IMG/VR virus record: IMGVR_UViG_3300020401_000071
Location: 1-27,904 of that record
Direction: 5' to 3' (one strand)
Length of the DNA: 27,904 nucleotides
DNA from: a virus
Lineage: Duplodnaviria; Caudoviricetes
Of this stretch, positions 1 through 7,202 are shown piece by piece. A program made the position numbers and the translations under genes. The notes beneath the pieces were generated by a model, which was given only the letters and a program-made list of their open reading frames with translations, did not search any database and had not been told where the DNA came from. Within the stretch, counting starts at the first letter, position 1, and every line of letters starts with the position of its first letter.

Positions 1-24
1 TTAATGAATACTGGGGAGAATACA

Positions 25-294
25 ATGCCGAAACTAACTAACGAATGGCAACCAAGCCAAGAAGTAATTAACAAATACAAGGAGGTCAACCATGACAGAG
101 AAATCAAATACTTCAAACATTTCTATATTACAAACTCGTATTCTAAAGAAGACTGGAATACAGTCTATTGCGAATGGTGTCAGAAACAACTCACTCGCAA
201 AAACTCTGGTCGAACAAGCAGGATCAGACCCAAACAAACTAACGAAAGCGACAGTTTCTATCTTAGAGTCCATAATCAACTCAAAGATAACTGA
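25..294 (+). CDS. Replication-initiator-associated protein with DnaT-like DNA-binding domain (frame is open at the window edge, so it may be the C-terminus of a longer initiator)
   Basis: GGGGAG at 13-18 precedes ATG 25. The W-x-P...F-x-x-F-Y...D-W-x-x-x-Y-x-x-W pattern (EWQPS...YFKHFY...EDWNTVYCEW) resembles DnaT-like domains of phage initiators. Lies next to a loader-like gene. Confidence 0.55.
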   Translation: MPKLTNEWQPSQEVINKYKEVNHDREIKYFKHFYITNSYSKEDWNTVYCEWCQKQLTRKNSGRTSRIRPKQTNESDSFYLRVHNQLKDN

Positions 295-703
295 GAAAAC
301 TAATAATCAATATATGTTTTTTCGTTGGGAGTTAGCTTCTATATCAGACATTGCTAATGACTTGTATGATAATCGTACTAAAGTTATCAAAGCTATGGAA
401 GAGTGTATGACTGTAGCTGATCCCAAAGACATACATCAATGGCTGATGGAAGTCATGGTATGCACAGCCAAGCAGAGCCACTTAACAGAGAAAGACTTAG
501 CCTTCAAAGCAAGAGTGTATGCCAAGAAGTTTGAGCATGTACCTGCAGACATTATGAAGTATGCTTGTGACAAAGTTATTATGAATTGTAAGTTCTTTCC
601 AACTGTGGCAGAGATCAACGAGTATATTCAACCAATGCTGCACTATCGTAAGTCATTGGTCGAAGCAGTATCAAGTAAACTAATTTCAGCAATAGGAGAA
701 TAA
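92..703 (+). CDS. Putative replicative helicase loader/inhibitor (lambda P / SPP1 G39P-like C-terminal region)
   Basis: GGAGGT at 81-86 precedes ATG 92. C-terminal YAKKFEHVPADIMKYACDKVIMNCKFFPTVAEI has the FFPTVAEI signature typical of phage loader-like proteins. Confidence 0.6.
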   Translation: MTEKSNTSNISILQTRILKKTGIQSIANGVRNNSLAKTLVEQAGSDPNKLTKATVSILESIINSKITEKTNNQYMFFRWELASISDIANDLYDNRTKVIKAMEECMTVADPKDIHQWLMEVMVCTAKQSHLTEKDLAFKARVYAKKFEHVPADIMKYACDKVIMNCKFFPTVAEINEYIQPMLHYRKSLVEAVSSKLISAIGE

Positions 704-704
704 T

Positions 705-869
705 ATGAAAATATCTGAAGCAACACAAGTAGCTATAGACAGAGCAATTATCTTACAAAAGATGAAAGGTAACGACACTTTCAAAGATATATGGCTTGGT
801 AATGGTTGGCTATCAAAAGATAAAGATGGCAAAATTACTTTTACACCAACAAAACAATTACCTTATTAG
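705..869 (+). CDS. Hypothetical 54-aa protein (MKISEATQVAIDRAIILQKMKGNDTFKDIWLGNGWLSKDKDGKITFTPTKQLPY), not in ORF track
   Basis: AGGAG at 694-698, ATG 705, TAG 867-869; fills the gap after the upstream gene. Confidence 0.75.
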   Translation: MKISEATQVAIDRAIILQKMKGNDTFKDIWLGNGWLSKDKDGKITFTPTKQLPY

Positions 870-878
870 GAGTAGCAA

Positions 879-1055
879 ATGGAAGAAGAAAGATTTGAAG
901 ATGCACCTGAAGCATTGAAAGAAAAAGATTATCAAAGGTACATACCTAAACCATATATGAACTTTTTCAAATCAGTTCAGTTTTATTCTGATCGAGATGA
1001 AAAAATTCAACCTAAAGGTGTGACTGCTGATTATAGAGGTTATGCGAAAGCATAA
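879..1055 (+). CDS. Hypothetical 58-aa protein (MEEERFEDAPEALKEKDYQRYIPKPYMNFFKSVQFYSDRDEKIQPKGVTADYRGYAKA), not in ORF track
   Basis: AGGAG at 868-872, ATG 879, TAA 1053-1055. Confidence 0.75.
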   Translation: MEEERFEDAPEALKEKDYQRYIPKPYMNFFKSVQFYSDRDEKIQPKGVTADYRGYAKA

Positions 1056-1061
1056 TACACA

Positions 1062-1111
1062 TCTGAGCAAGATTGGGAAAGTACTGGTGACGTGTCAGGG
1101 TCTTGCTCAGA
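1062..1111 (+). other. Intergenic stem-loop: perfect 11-bp inverted repeat with a 28-nt interior
   Basis: TCTGAGCAAGA (1062-1072) / TCTTGCTCAGA (1101-1111). Confidence 0.7.
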
Positions 1112-1134
1112 CCTAAATTAAATTAAGTAAATGC

Positions 1135-1163
1135 TTGATAAATAACAATAAATGTAGTATGCT
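1135..1163 (+). promoter_or_regulatory. Sigma70-type promoter for the recombination operon
   Basis: TTGATA (1135-1140), 17-nt spacer, TATGCT (1158-1163); AT-rich tract upstream; GGAGG at 1176-1180 and ATG 1186 downstream. Confidence 0.7.
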
Positions 1164-1185
1164 GATAGCAAGATTGGAGGTCTAA

Positions 1186-1983
1186 ATGGCAGATGAACTA
1201 CGTCACGCACCTATGCGTGAGGACTTCATCAGAGGTAGCGATATGGTGTCTTTGATGCAAGGCAAGTGGGAAGAACTATGGAAAATCAAAATGGGATTGC
1301 TTGGTCGTAAAGATTTACGATACGAATTCAATGTTAGATTAGGTTCTTTCACAGAAATTTTTAACTTAAATTGGCTACAAGAATTTTATGAATATGATTT
1401 TGTACCACAACAAGCGTACACAAAAATGTATGGTAGTATCAAACTACAAGGTACATTAGATGGTGTAGAAACTGATAGAAAGATTGGTGTAGAATGTAAA
1501 CATACACATAGTCGTAATGATATGAGCTATATGTTAGATTACTATATGCCACAGATGCAGTTCTATATGTACATATCAGGACTACAGCAAATGGTATTCT
1601 CTGTTATTTTTGGTAACAAACATGATTGTGTAATCGTTAGCGCTAATGAACAATATCAAAATGAAATGCTATATAAAATCAAATCATTTTGGGAATATGT
1701 TACACATAATACACAGCCTCAAGATTATGTGTCAGAGATAAAGCAAAGTATCAAAGACAACATACCGATTGATGGCAAAGTCAAACGTGATGTTTCATCT
1801 AGTAATAGTTTTAATGTTGCAGTCATGGAATACTTTCACAATCAAGATGCTGCAAAACTATTTGAACAAGCTAAAAAAGATATCAAAGCAGAAATGAAAG
1901 ACAATGAAGCTGAGATATATAATGAGTTTGTAAGTGTCAAAAGAGATAAGCGTGGGTCAATTCGCATAACAAAAAAAGGGTAA
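1186..1983 (+). CDS. YqaJ-like viral recombinase exonuclease (lambda Exo superfamily)
   Basis: Motifs IRGSD, LWKIKMG, LQGTLDG...ECKH (PD-(D/E)xK core) and YMPQMQFYM; directly upstream of ERF. Confidence 0.88.
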   Translation: MADELRHAPMREDFIRGSDMVSLMQGKWEELWKIKMGLLGRKDLRYEFNVRLGSFTEIFNLNWLQEFYEYDFVPQQAYTKMYGSIKLQGTLDGVETDRKIGVECKHTHSRNDMSYMLDYYMPQMQFYMYISGLQQMVFSVIFGNKHDCVIVSANEQYQNEMLYKIKSFWEYVTHNTQPQDYVSEIKQSIKDNIPIDGKVKRDVSSSNSFNVAVMEYFHNQDAAKLFEQAKKDIKAEMKDNEAEIYNEFVSVKRDKRGSIRITKKG

Positions 1984-2003
1984 GCAGACCCACTTACCCT
2001 TTT
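1974..2003 (+). terminator. Hairpin overlapping the exonuclease stop codon (terminator, attenuator or processing site)
   Basis: AAAAGGGTAAG-cagaccca-CTTACCCTTTT, an 11-bp stem ending in a short T run. Confidence 0.5.
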
Positions 2004-2029
2004 AACTATCTGTATAATGGAGGTCATAC

Positions 2030-2554
2030 ATGACAGATACAAATACTAATAACAAAAAAACCGTGCCAAGTAAAGCACACCCAAAAGTCACAGCGACTTT
2101 GAAACAAGCATTGCTTGAGTTTCAAAAACTTGCTACATCTGCTAGTAAAGGTGGTAAAGCAAATATACCTTCACAAGGAGGTAAAAGAACCTATGCAAGA
2201 TTAGAAGATGTAATCGAAGCAGTAGGACAAGGTAATCAATTTGGTTTATTTTTTACACAAGAAATTGATTATGTATACACAAGTCATATGGATACTAAAT
2301 CAGAAGTAGTTGTTGTTACTACATTACGTCATGTTGTTGATGATGCTACTTATGTATCAAAGTTACCAATCATCATGTCACAACAAAACATGGAGAATCC
2401 TCAAAAGATTGGATCAGCTATTACATATGCTAAACGATATACATTACAAGCAGTATATGGTCTACCATCAGAAGATGATGATGGTGAATTAGCTAGTAAG
2501 CCTACAATCCAAGTCAGCAAACCAAAGATGAAAGGAGAAGATGATGGATTATGA
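2030..2554 (+). CDS. erf: ERF-family single-strand annealing protein
   Basis: YARLEDVIEAV and the ERF signature PQKIGSAITYAKRYTLQAVYGLPSEDDDG; GGAGG RBS. Confidence 0.92.
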   Translation: MTDTNTNNKKTVPSKAHPKVTATLKQALLEFQKLATSASKGGKANIPSQGGKRTYARLEDVIEAVGQGNQFGLFFTQEIDYVYTSHMDTKSEVVVVTTLRHVVDDATYVSKLPIIMSQQNMENPQKIGSAITYAKRYTLQAVYGLPSEDDDGELASKPTIQVSKPKMKGEDDGL

Positions 2555-2960
2555 TAACACAGATAGAGGTAGTTTTTTCAAACCACGAGCAGATGAAAGT
2601 CTGCTCGTACAAGGCAAACTCAATAGCGAAGGATCAGAGTATCGGATTGCTATTGTCAAAGCCTCACTACCTGATGGTGGTACAGCACGAGATGTCTATG
2701 TCAAAGTCGGTACTATGTATGAGAATGACAAGTCATTGAATGAGAAAGCGCCAGACTTTAGTGGACCAGTCACTATGCCAAGCCAAGATAAACGTAGGAT
2801 TGCTTGTTGGAAAACAGTATCCAAAGATGGCAATACTAAGTTTCTATCTGCACGGATAGGTGACAGTACACCAAGAGTAGAAGAACCTGCAAGGGATCAA
2901 ACTATTGTAGAACATGAATCAGTATTAGGAGGTGAAGATGTCGACGATATCCCGTTCTAA
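2541..2960 (+). CDS. Single-stranded DNA-binding protein-like (DUF736-like), acidic tail
   Basis: NEKAPDFSG motif, C-terminal DVDDIPF, position after exo-erf. Confidence 0.7.
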   Translation: MMDYDNTDRGSFFKPRADESLLVQGKLNSEGSEYRIAIVKASLPDGGTARDVYVKVGTMYENDKSLNEKAPDFSGPVTMPSQDKRRIACWKTVSKDGNTKFLSARIGDSTPRVEEPARDQTIVEHESVLGGEDVDDIPF

Positions 2961-3294
2961 AAAAGATCAAATGATTAGTGAAGCATTAGCAAGAACCCAT
3001 GACCCTAAAACGTCATGGGAAGCTGCAGAAAAAGTTGACACCAATAAACTAGAGTCATTGGTATTAAGAGTACTAACACACTTTGGTAGTGTAGGTGGTA
3101 CTAATGATGAATTACTTTCTTATTTATACGATACACAAATATGGAAAGAATACACAGCTATCATGCCAAAAGAAAGTAGCATTACACCAAGATATAAACA
3201 GCTAATAAATAAAGGTTTAGTCTATCGTGATGGTACTACAAGAAAAGGTAGCATGGGTAGAAGCCAAATAGTAAATTTTATAGTAAAAAAGTAA
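2938..3294 (+). CDS. Winged helix-turn-helix DNA-binding protein
   Basis: AGGAGG at 2927-2932 supports ATG 2938. ARTHDPKTSWEAA...TNDEL...SSITPRYKQLINKGLV...RKGSMGRSQIV resembles common phage wHTH proteins. Confidence 0.65.
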   Translation: MSTISRSKKDQMISEALARTHDPKTSWEAAEKVDTNKLESLVLRVLTHFGSVGGTNDELLSYLYDTQIWKEYTAIMPKESSITPRYKQLINKGLVYRDGTTRKGSMGRSQIVNFIVKK

Positions 3295-3315
3295 AAAAAG
3301 TCTTGATATAAGAGC

Positions 3316-3348
3316 CATACAGAGGGGGTAAACACCTCCTCTGGTATG
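3316..3348. terminator. GC-rich hairpin between the convergent early and late arms
   Basis: CATAC-AGAGGGGGT-aaac-ACCTCCTCT-g-GTATG in the 74-bp gap between converging genes; no adjacent U tract. Confidence 0.55.
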
Positions 3349-3368
3349 ATTACACCCTAGAATATCTA

Positions 3369-3824
3369 CTAAGTCTGTATGTTTTTCATACGTTCAATAA
3401 GACGATTTGCTCTATTTGGTACTTGTCTTGCCCACTTAGAGTCCAACATTTGGTTTGCAGCCTCTGTCCAATCACTAGAATCTACAGCTTTTTTCATCTT
3501 ATGAAAGCGAGATAGCCGAGGTCTGCCCATATTAAACATCATATTGCATAAAATCTTTTGTGCTTCAGCAGGTAACTCTTCAAACTGTGGATAAAGTAGT
3601 TTTGTTTCTGCTACACAAGTATATAAATCTGCTTCAAATAATTCAGCAACTCTTTCTTCACCTACTTGTGTGCCAACATCTAGTCCATATTCAGGATCAT
3701 GCTCACGGATAAGATGACCAACACCTACTGTTGGTAGACCAAGATGATCGAGATAGACTTCATTGACTACTCCTTCATCAGCTTTGATTTCTTCTGTCAT
3801 TTCATTAAAAGTATCTGTGTTCAT
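3369..3824 (-). CDS. Endolysin, T4-type lysozyme (GH24)
   Basis: Catalytic E-x8-D-x5-T (DEGVVNEVYLDHLGLPT), NMMFNMG, MLDSKWARQVPNRA; AGGAGG RBS. Confidence 0.93.
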   Translation of the reverse strand: MNTDTFNEMTEEIKADEGVVNEVYLDHLGLPTVGVGHLIREHDPEYGLDVGTQVGEERVAELFEADLYTCVAETKLLYPQFEELPAEAQKILCNMMFNMGRPRLSRFHKMKKAVDSSDWTEAANQMLDSKWARQVPNRANRLIERMKNIQT

Positions 3825-3931
3825 TGTAACCTCCTATTTTCTATTACACCACACATAGGACATTTCCATACATTTTTTAAAGCAGTCAGTATCATAGCAA
3901 TCTTACATCTCTCACATATAGGATTATCCAA
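3821..3931 (-). CDS. 36-aa zinc-ribbon protein (MDNPICERCKIAMILTALKNVWKCPMCGVIENRRLQ), not in ORF track
   Basis: GGGAGG then TTG start; CxxC...CxxC; its TGA overlaps the lysozyme ATG (ATGA). Confidence 0.7.
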   Translation of the reverse strand: MDNPICERCKIAMILTALKNVWKCPMCGVIENRRLQ

Positions 3932-3995
3932 AGTAAAATCCTCCCAAGAAACTAAAGAACCATATGACTATGGTTGCTTGTATGTACAAAATCAT
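3924..3995 (-). CDS. 23-aa hydrophobic peptide (MILYIQATIVIWFFSFLGGFYFG), not in ORF track
   Basis: ATG overlaps the holin TGA (ATGA); no charged residues, one membrane-span length; stop overlaps the start of the zinc-ribbon ORF. Confidence 0.5.
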   Translation of the reverse strand: MILYIQATIVIWFFSFLGGFYFG

Positions 3996-4390
3996 TTTGT
4001 AATCTTTTTATACTTTTCAAAAGTACGGAGTCCACCCAATCCTAGCATACCCATCAGTACAGTCATCAATGATCCCATGTCAAACTCAGGTAATGGTGGC
4101 ATAGTGACACCAAACATAGCAGTAAAAAATATAACAAAAGGCGCTAAGACAAAGTGCCATGCCAAAGCGATACCACACACCCAACCAATAAAAGGTCGCC
4201 AACTTGCAACAAACCAATGACCTGATTGTGCTTCCATCTTGTTGACTTCTATCTGAGATTTAGCAAGTTGTACTGCGTGTTTCTCAGCCATAGTAGCCAA
4301 GTCATGTGCCAGTTTATTCTTAGTATCTTTGTCTTCTATGAATTTGCCTATTAATTTGGTGGCAGGACCAATCAATGCTTGTATCACCAT
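3992..4390 (-). CDS. Holin, 3-TM GTA-type (DUF3154-like)
   Basis: WFVASWRPFIGWVCG and LMGMLGLGGLRTFEK signatures; near the lysozyme. Confidence 0.85.
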   Translation of the reverse strand: MVIQALIGPATKLIGKFIEDKDTKNKLAHDLATMAEKHAVQLAKSQIEVNKMEAQSGHWFVASWRPFIGWVCGIALAWHFVLAPFVIFFTAMFGVTMPPLPEFDMGSLMTVLMGMLGLGGLRTFEKYKKITK

Positions 4391-4578
4391 AACCTCATCT
4401 GTTTGTTGACGTTAACAAGTTTGCAGTAACAGTCATACTTCTGTGTCTGTTCACCAATCTTGACTGTTTGGTTTGCAAGTCTGTCCTTAAAATAAGTACA
4501 GTTGTTTACATTTGATAAATGTAATGTACCTGCAGGATTACCTGCAAGGTAACATAATAAAACAAAAGCAGGTTTCAC
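4384..4578 (-). CDS. Hypothetical 64-aa Cys-containing protein with hydrophobic N-terminus
   Basis: Overlap-coupled on both sides within the lysis region. Confidence 0.7.
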   Translation of the reverse strand: MKPAFVLLCYLAGNPAGTLHLSNVNNCTYFKDRLANQTVKIGEQTQKYDCYCKLVNVNKQMRLW

Positions 4579-5057
4579 CCTCTCTTCTCCTTATATAACC
4601 ATGCTAAGAATACGATAAATCCTATGATAGTACAACAAAGTAATACAATACCTATCCACTCAGCAATCTTTCTGCGAAGTTCTTGACGTTCATAGATTTC
4701 TTTTTGTCTTTGCTTTCGTATCTGTCCTTCCATGTGCAGTATCTCATTCCAAGAATTAGCACCATAATGAAAGTTTATGAATGATTTAAGTTCTTGTCGT
4801 TGTGCTTCTAGTTTTTTTTTAGCAGTAAAAGCCTCGATAGCAGATGTCTTGATATCATCACCCTTAAATAGTTTTTGTAACAGAGATGGATTCTTCGCTT
4901 TCTTTTCAGTATTATCTACGTCAGACACAGCACTAAGCCAACGCCCTAAATCTGCACCCATAGATTCTATATCTTTACCGATTGCGAAACCTTTTTTGAT
5001 TGCTCCGAAAGCCTTAGATGCTGCAGTCAAAGCTAATCCTATAGTAGCTGGATCCAC
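4575..5057 (-). CDS. Hypothetical membrane-anchored coiled-coil protein (C-terminal TM)
   Basis: GTG start with GAGG RBS; helical body and C-terminal IGIVLLCCTIIGFIVFLAWLY. Confidence 0.8.
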   Translation of the reverse strand: MDPATIGLALTAASKAFGAIKKGFAIGKDIESMGADLGRWLSAVSDVDNTEKKAKNPSLLQKLFKGDDIKTSAIEAFTAKKKLEAQRQELKSFINFHYGANSWNEILHMEGQIRKQRQKEIYERQELRRKIAEWIGIVLLCCTIIGFIVFLAWLYKEKRG

Positions 5058-5058
5058 T

Positions 5059-5226
5059 CTACCTCACTAACAATCCTATTAAAAGGATAATGGTTGTACC
5101 TGCTGTGCCAATCATAATATGCTCAATGCGTTTTATACGAAGAATAGTTTCTTTCCATCTTTCTGCACATACAGCTTCATGTGTATCTATTTGTGACTTA
5201 ACTTCTGTTACTGATGGTCTAGGCAT
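5059..5226 (-). CDS. Small coiled-coil plus C-terminal TM protein (XhlA-like architecture)
   Basis: Likely start ATG 5226 (MPRPSV...); HEAVCAERW motif followed by a hydrophobic C-terminus. Confidence 0.7.
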   Translation of the reverse strand: MPRPSVTEVKSQIDTHEAVCAERWKETILRIKRIEHIMIGTAGTTIILLIGLLVR

Positions 5227-5249
5227 ATACTCTAATATTATACCCCACA

Positions 5250-5804
5250 CTATTGTTTTATCTCATAAAAAGTATAACCACTTTTTGTTGTATGATATCC
5301 ACTTGTATTATTATAAGAAGCATTAGTATTTAAACCAAAAACACCATCACTATTATATGAAAATGCTTGTATCTTATATGTTATTGCGTCTGTGCTTGTG
5401 CCAGGATTATCTAAAAAAGCATACAATTCTGAATGATTTCCATAACCCATTGCATTTTCACTTGTATTGTTATAATGAATATTAAGTATACCACCACTTG
5501 ATGTAACTCCACCTTGAGTTCCAGTAGCACCTTGATTAATTTGTGAATAGCTTCCACTTCCAATTTTTCTATTCATATACATTACACCATATTTATAGGT
5601 ATTCCATTTTAAACATAAATGAACAAGTATTTTGCTATCAGGAAATGTCCTAGTGAATGACTTTTCTGTCCCACTTATATCTATATTAGAACTTGTACTT
5701 AAAGATGTTCTGCCAAAAGTATCTATCTCTGCAAATTCTGTTTTTACTATAGAACCTGCAGAAAAATTATTTGAACTAGAAAAATTTAATTTAGTTAGTG
5801 GCAT
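5250..5804 (-). CDS. Tail-fibre/appendage tip-domain protein
   Basis: S/T/G/N-rich beta pattern; shares SKILV...LDNP.....ITYKIQ...YEI domain with 6209-7195 and 7727-8512. Confidence 0.65.
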   Translation of the reverse strand: MPLTKLNFSSSNNFSAGSIVKTEFAEIDTFGRTSLSTSSNIDISGTEKSFTRTFPDSKILVHLCLKWNTYKYGVMYMNRKIGSGSYSQINQGATGTQGGVTSSGGILNIHYNNTSENAMGYGNHSELYAFLDNPGTSTDAITYKIQAFSYNSDGVFGLNTNASYNNTSGYHTTKSGYTFYEIKQ

Positions 5805-5808
5805 AATA

Positions 5809-6198
5809 TTAAGGTTTCGTTGGAAATTTAAAGTCTTTGTCTTTCATGCTTGTAAATGTTTTAGTTATATCTCTAAGGTCTTGTCTATACTTTTTCATTT
5901 CATCTGACATAGTTACATCAGATAAAGCGTAAAAGTCTGTTTCTGCAAGTAAAACATTTCTTGCTGCTCTTAATTCTTTCAAAGGTTCAGCATCATTTAA
6001 TTCTTTTAACTTTGCTGATACTTTTGTCCAATCTGTACCAAAATCTTTTGGATCAGAACTTAATATTCCACTTCCATTTGAATCTGTGCCAGTTACTTTT
6101 TTAAACATTGAATTAAATTCAGCTTCTGATGTAGGTTCACCATACATTGTCCACTCTGTAATCTTTAATTCAGCTAATGCTTCTGATACTGTCGCCAT
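5809..6198 (-). CDS. Tail-fibre assembly chaperone-like protein
   Basis: C-terminal LRAARNVLLAETDFYALSD...YRQDLRDIT...FPTKP motif of phage tail assembly chaperones. Confidence 0.75.
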   Translation of the reverse strand: MATVSEALAELKITEWTMYGEPTSEAEFNSMFKKVTGTDSNGSGILSSDPKDFGTDWTKVSAKLKELNDAEPLKELRAARNVLLAETDFYALSDVTMSDEMKKYRQDLRDITKTFTSMKDKDFKFPTKP

Positions 6199-6208
6199 AT
6201 TTATTCTC

Positions 6209-7195
6209 CTATGTTAAAACTGATGAAGCTATTTCCATTATTGTAAATGTAGAAAGATTATTATTAATTTGACTATAAACATTACCACTTACTTTTTTAT
6301 GCTTAACTTGATAAGTTATTGAACTTGTAGTGCTTGGATTATCTAATAAGCAAAGACTTACAGCGTTAGGGTAAGGTCCATATACATACTGAGCGCCGTA
6401 AGTACCACCACTACTTAAATCAGTTGAATCTCTAAACACGGTTAAAGCAGCAACACCACTTGAAGCTGCATATAAATTAACACTATACATAACTAAAATT
6501 TTATTTGAAGCTGATGATGGTGTAATACTTAAACTTGAGAGTCCATTTGCAACATAACTTGTACTATCAGTTAAAGATTCAGAAGAAGTACTTGTGCCTT
6601 TCACTTGCAGTATTCCACCAGCACTTCCAAAAGCTAATTGCCCAACAGCAGTTGTTCCTGAACCAGTTATACTATCAACTGTTAAAGCTGTACCTGCTGT
6701 CACATTACCAGTTGGAAACTTTAGTGTGTAAGATTGACCTGCTGAATGAGCAGGTGATTCTAACTTAATGCCATGATTATTATTACTACAATTTAATTGT
6801 AGCTGACCACCAGTACCACTTGTTGTTCCATCACCTTTGATAGATAACCCTGCATTAGAAGATGTAGATATAAAATTAGTCTTTGCATTTGTAACTGTGC
6901 TATCACTAGGAGTGCCAATATCTAATACATTACCAAGCACTAATATAAAATCTATAACATCAGAAGAAGACAAAGTGCCACTACTAGGTAAGAATGTAAT
7001 AGTAGAACCTGACACACTAAAAGCAGTTGAAGGCGCTTGTATCACACCATTAAGACTTACAATCATATGGTTAGCAGATTCAGGGGTAAATGCCACACCA
7101 CCATTTAATAAACTATATGAATTAGTACTAGATGTTGTTATTGCATCTAGCTTAACAAAGTTTCCTACTGTTGGTGTTTTTCCTATATATGCCAT
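6209..7195 (-). CDS. Tail-fibre/appendage protein
   Basis: MAYIGKTP start; VSLNGVIQAP...FSVSGSTITF adaptor domain; C-terminal SITP...ITYQVK domain. Confidence 0.75.
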   Translation of the reverse strand: MAYIGKTPTVGNFVKLDAITTSSTNSYSLLNGGVAFTPESANHMIVSLNGVIQAPSTAFSVSGSTITFLPSSGTLSSSDVIDFILVLGNVLDIGTPSDSTVTNAKTNFISTSSNAGLSIKGDGTTSGTGGQLQLNCSNNNHGIKLESPAHSAGQSYTLKFPTGNVTAGTALTVDSITGSGTTAVGQLAFGSAGGILQVKGTSTSSESLTDSTSYVANGLSSLSITPSSASNKILVMYSVNLYAASSGVAALTVFRDSTDLSSGGTYGAQYVYGPYPNAVSLCLLDNPSTTSSITYQVKHKKVSGNVYSQINNNLSTFTIMEIASSVLT

Positions 7196-7202
7196 ACTTT
7201 AC

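Noticed and set aside
36-246. AACTAACGAA repeated at 36-45 and 237-246 as possible origin iterons
   Set aside because: Only two copies 200 bp apart in AT-rich coding DNA, both encoding T-N-E; insufficient evidence.
2011-2018. TATAAT upstream of erf as a promoter
   Set aside because: Abuts the RBS so transcription would start downstream of it; no -35 and no canonical TGn extension.
3744-4220. 158-aa plus-strand ORF across the lysis cassette
   Set aside because: Antisense shadow of the holin and micro-ORFs; no RBS or recognisable motif.
4385-4390. Holin dual start (ATG GTG) as a holin/antiholin switch
   Set aside because: No charged residue between the two starts as in lambda S105/S107; the start is merely ambiguous.
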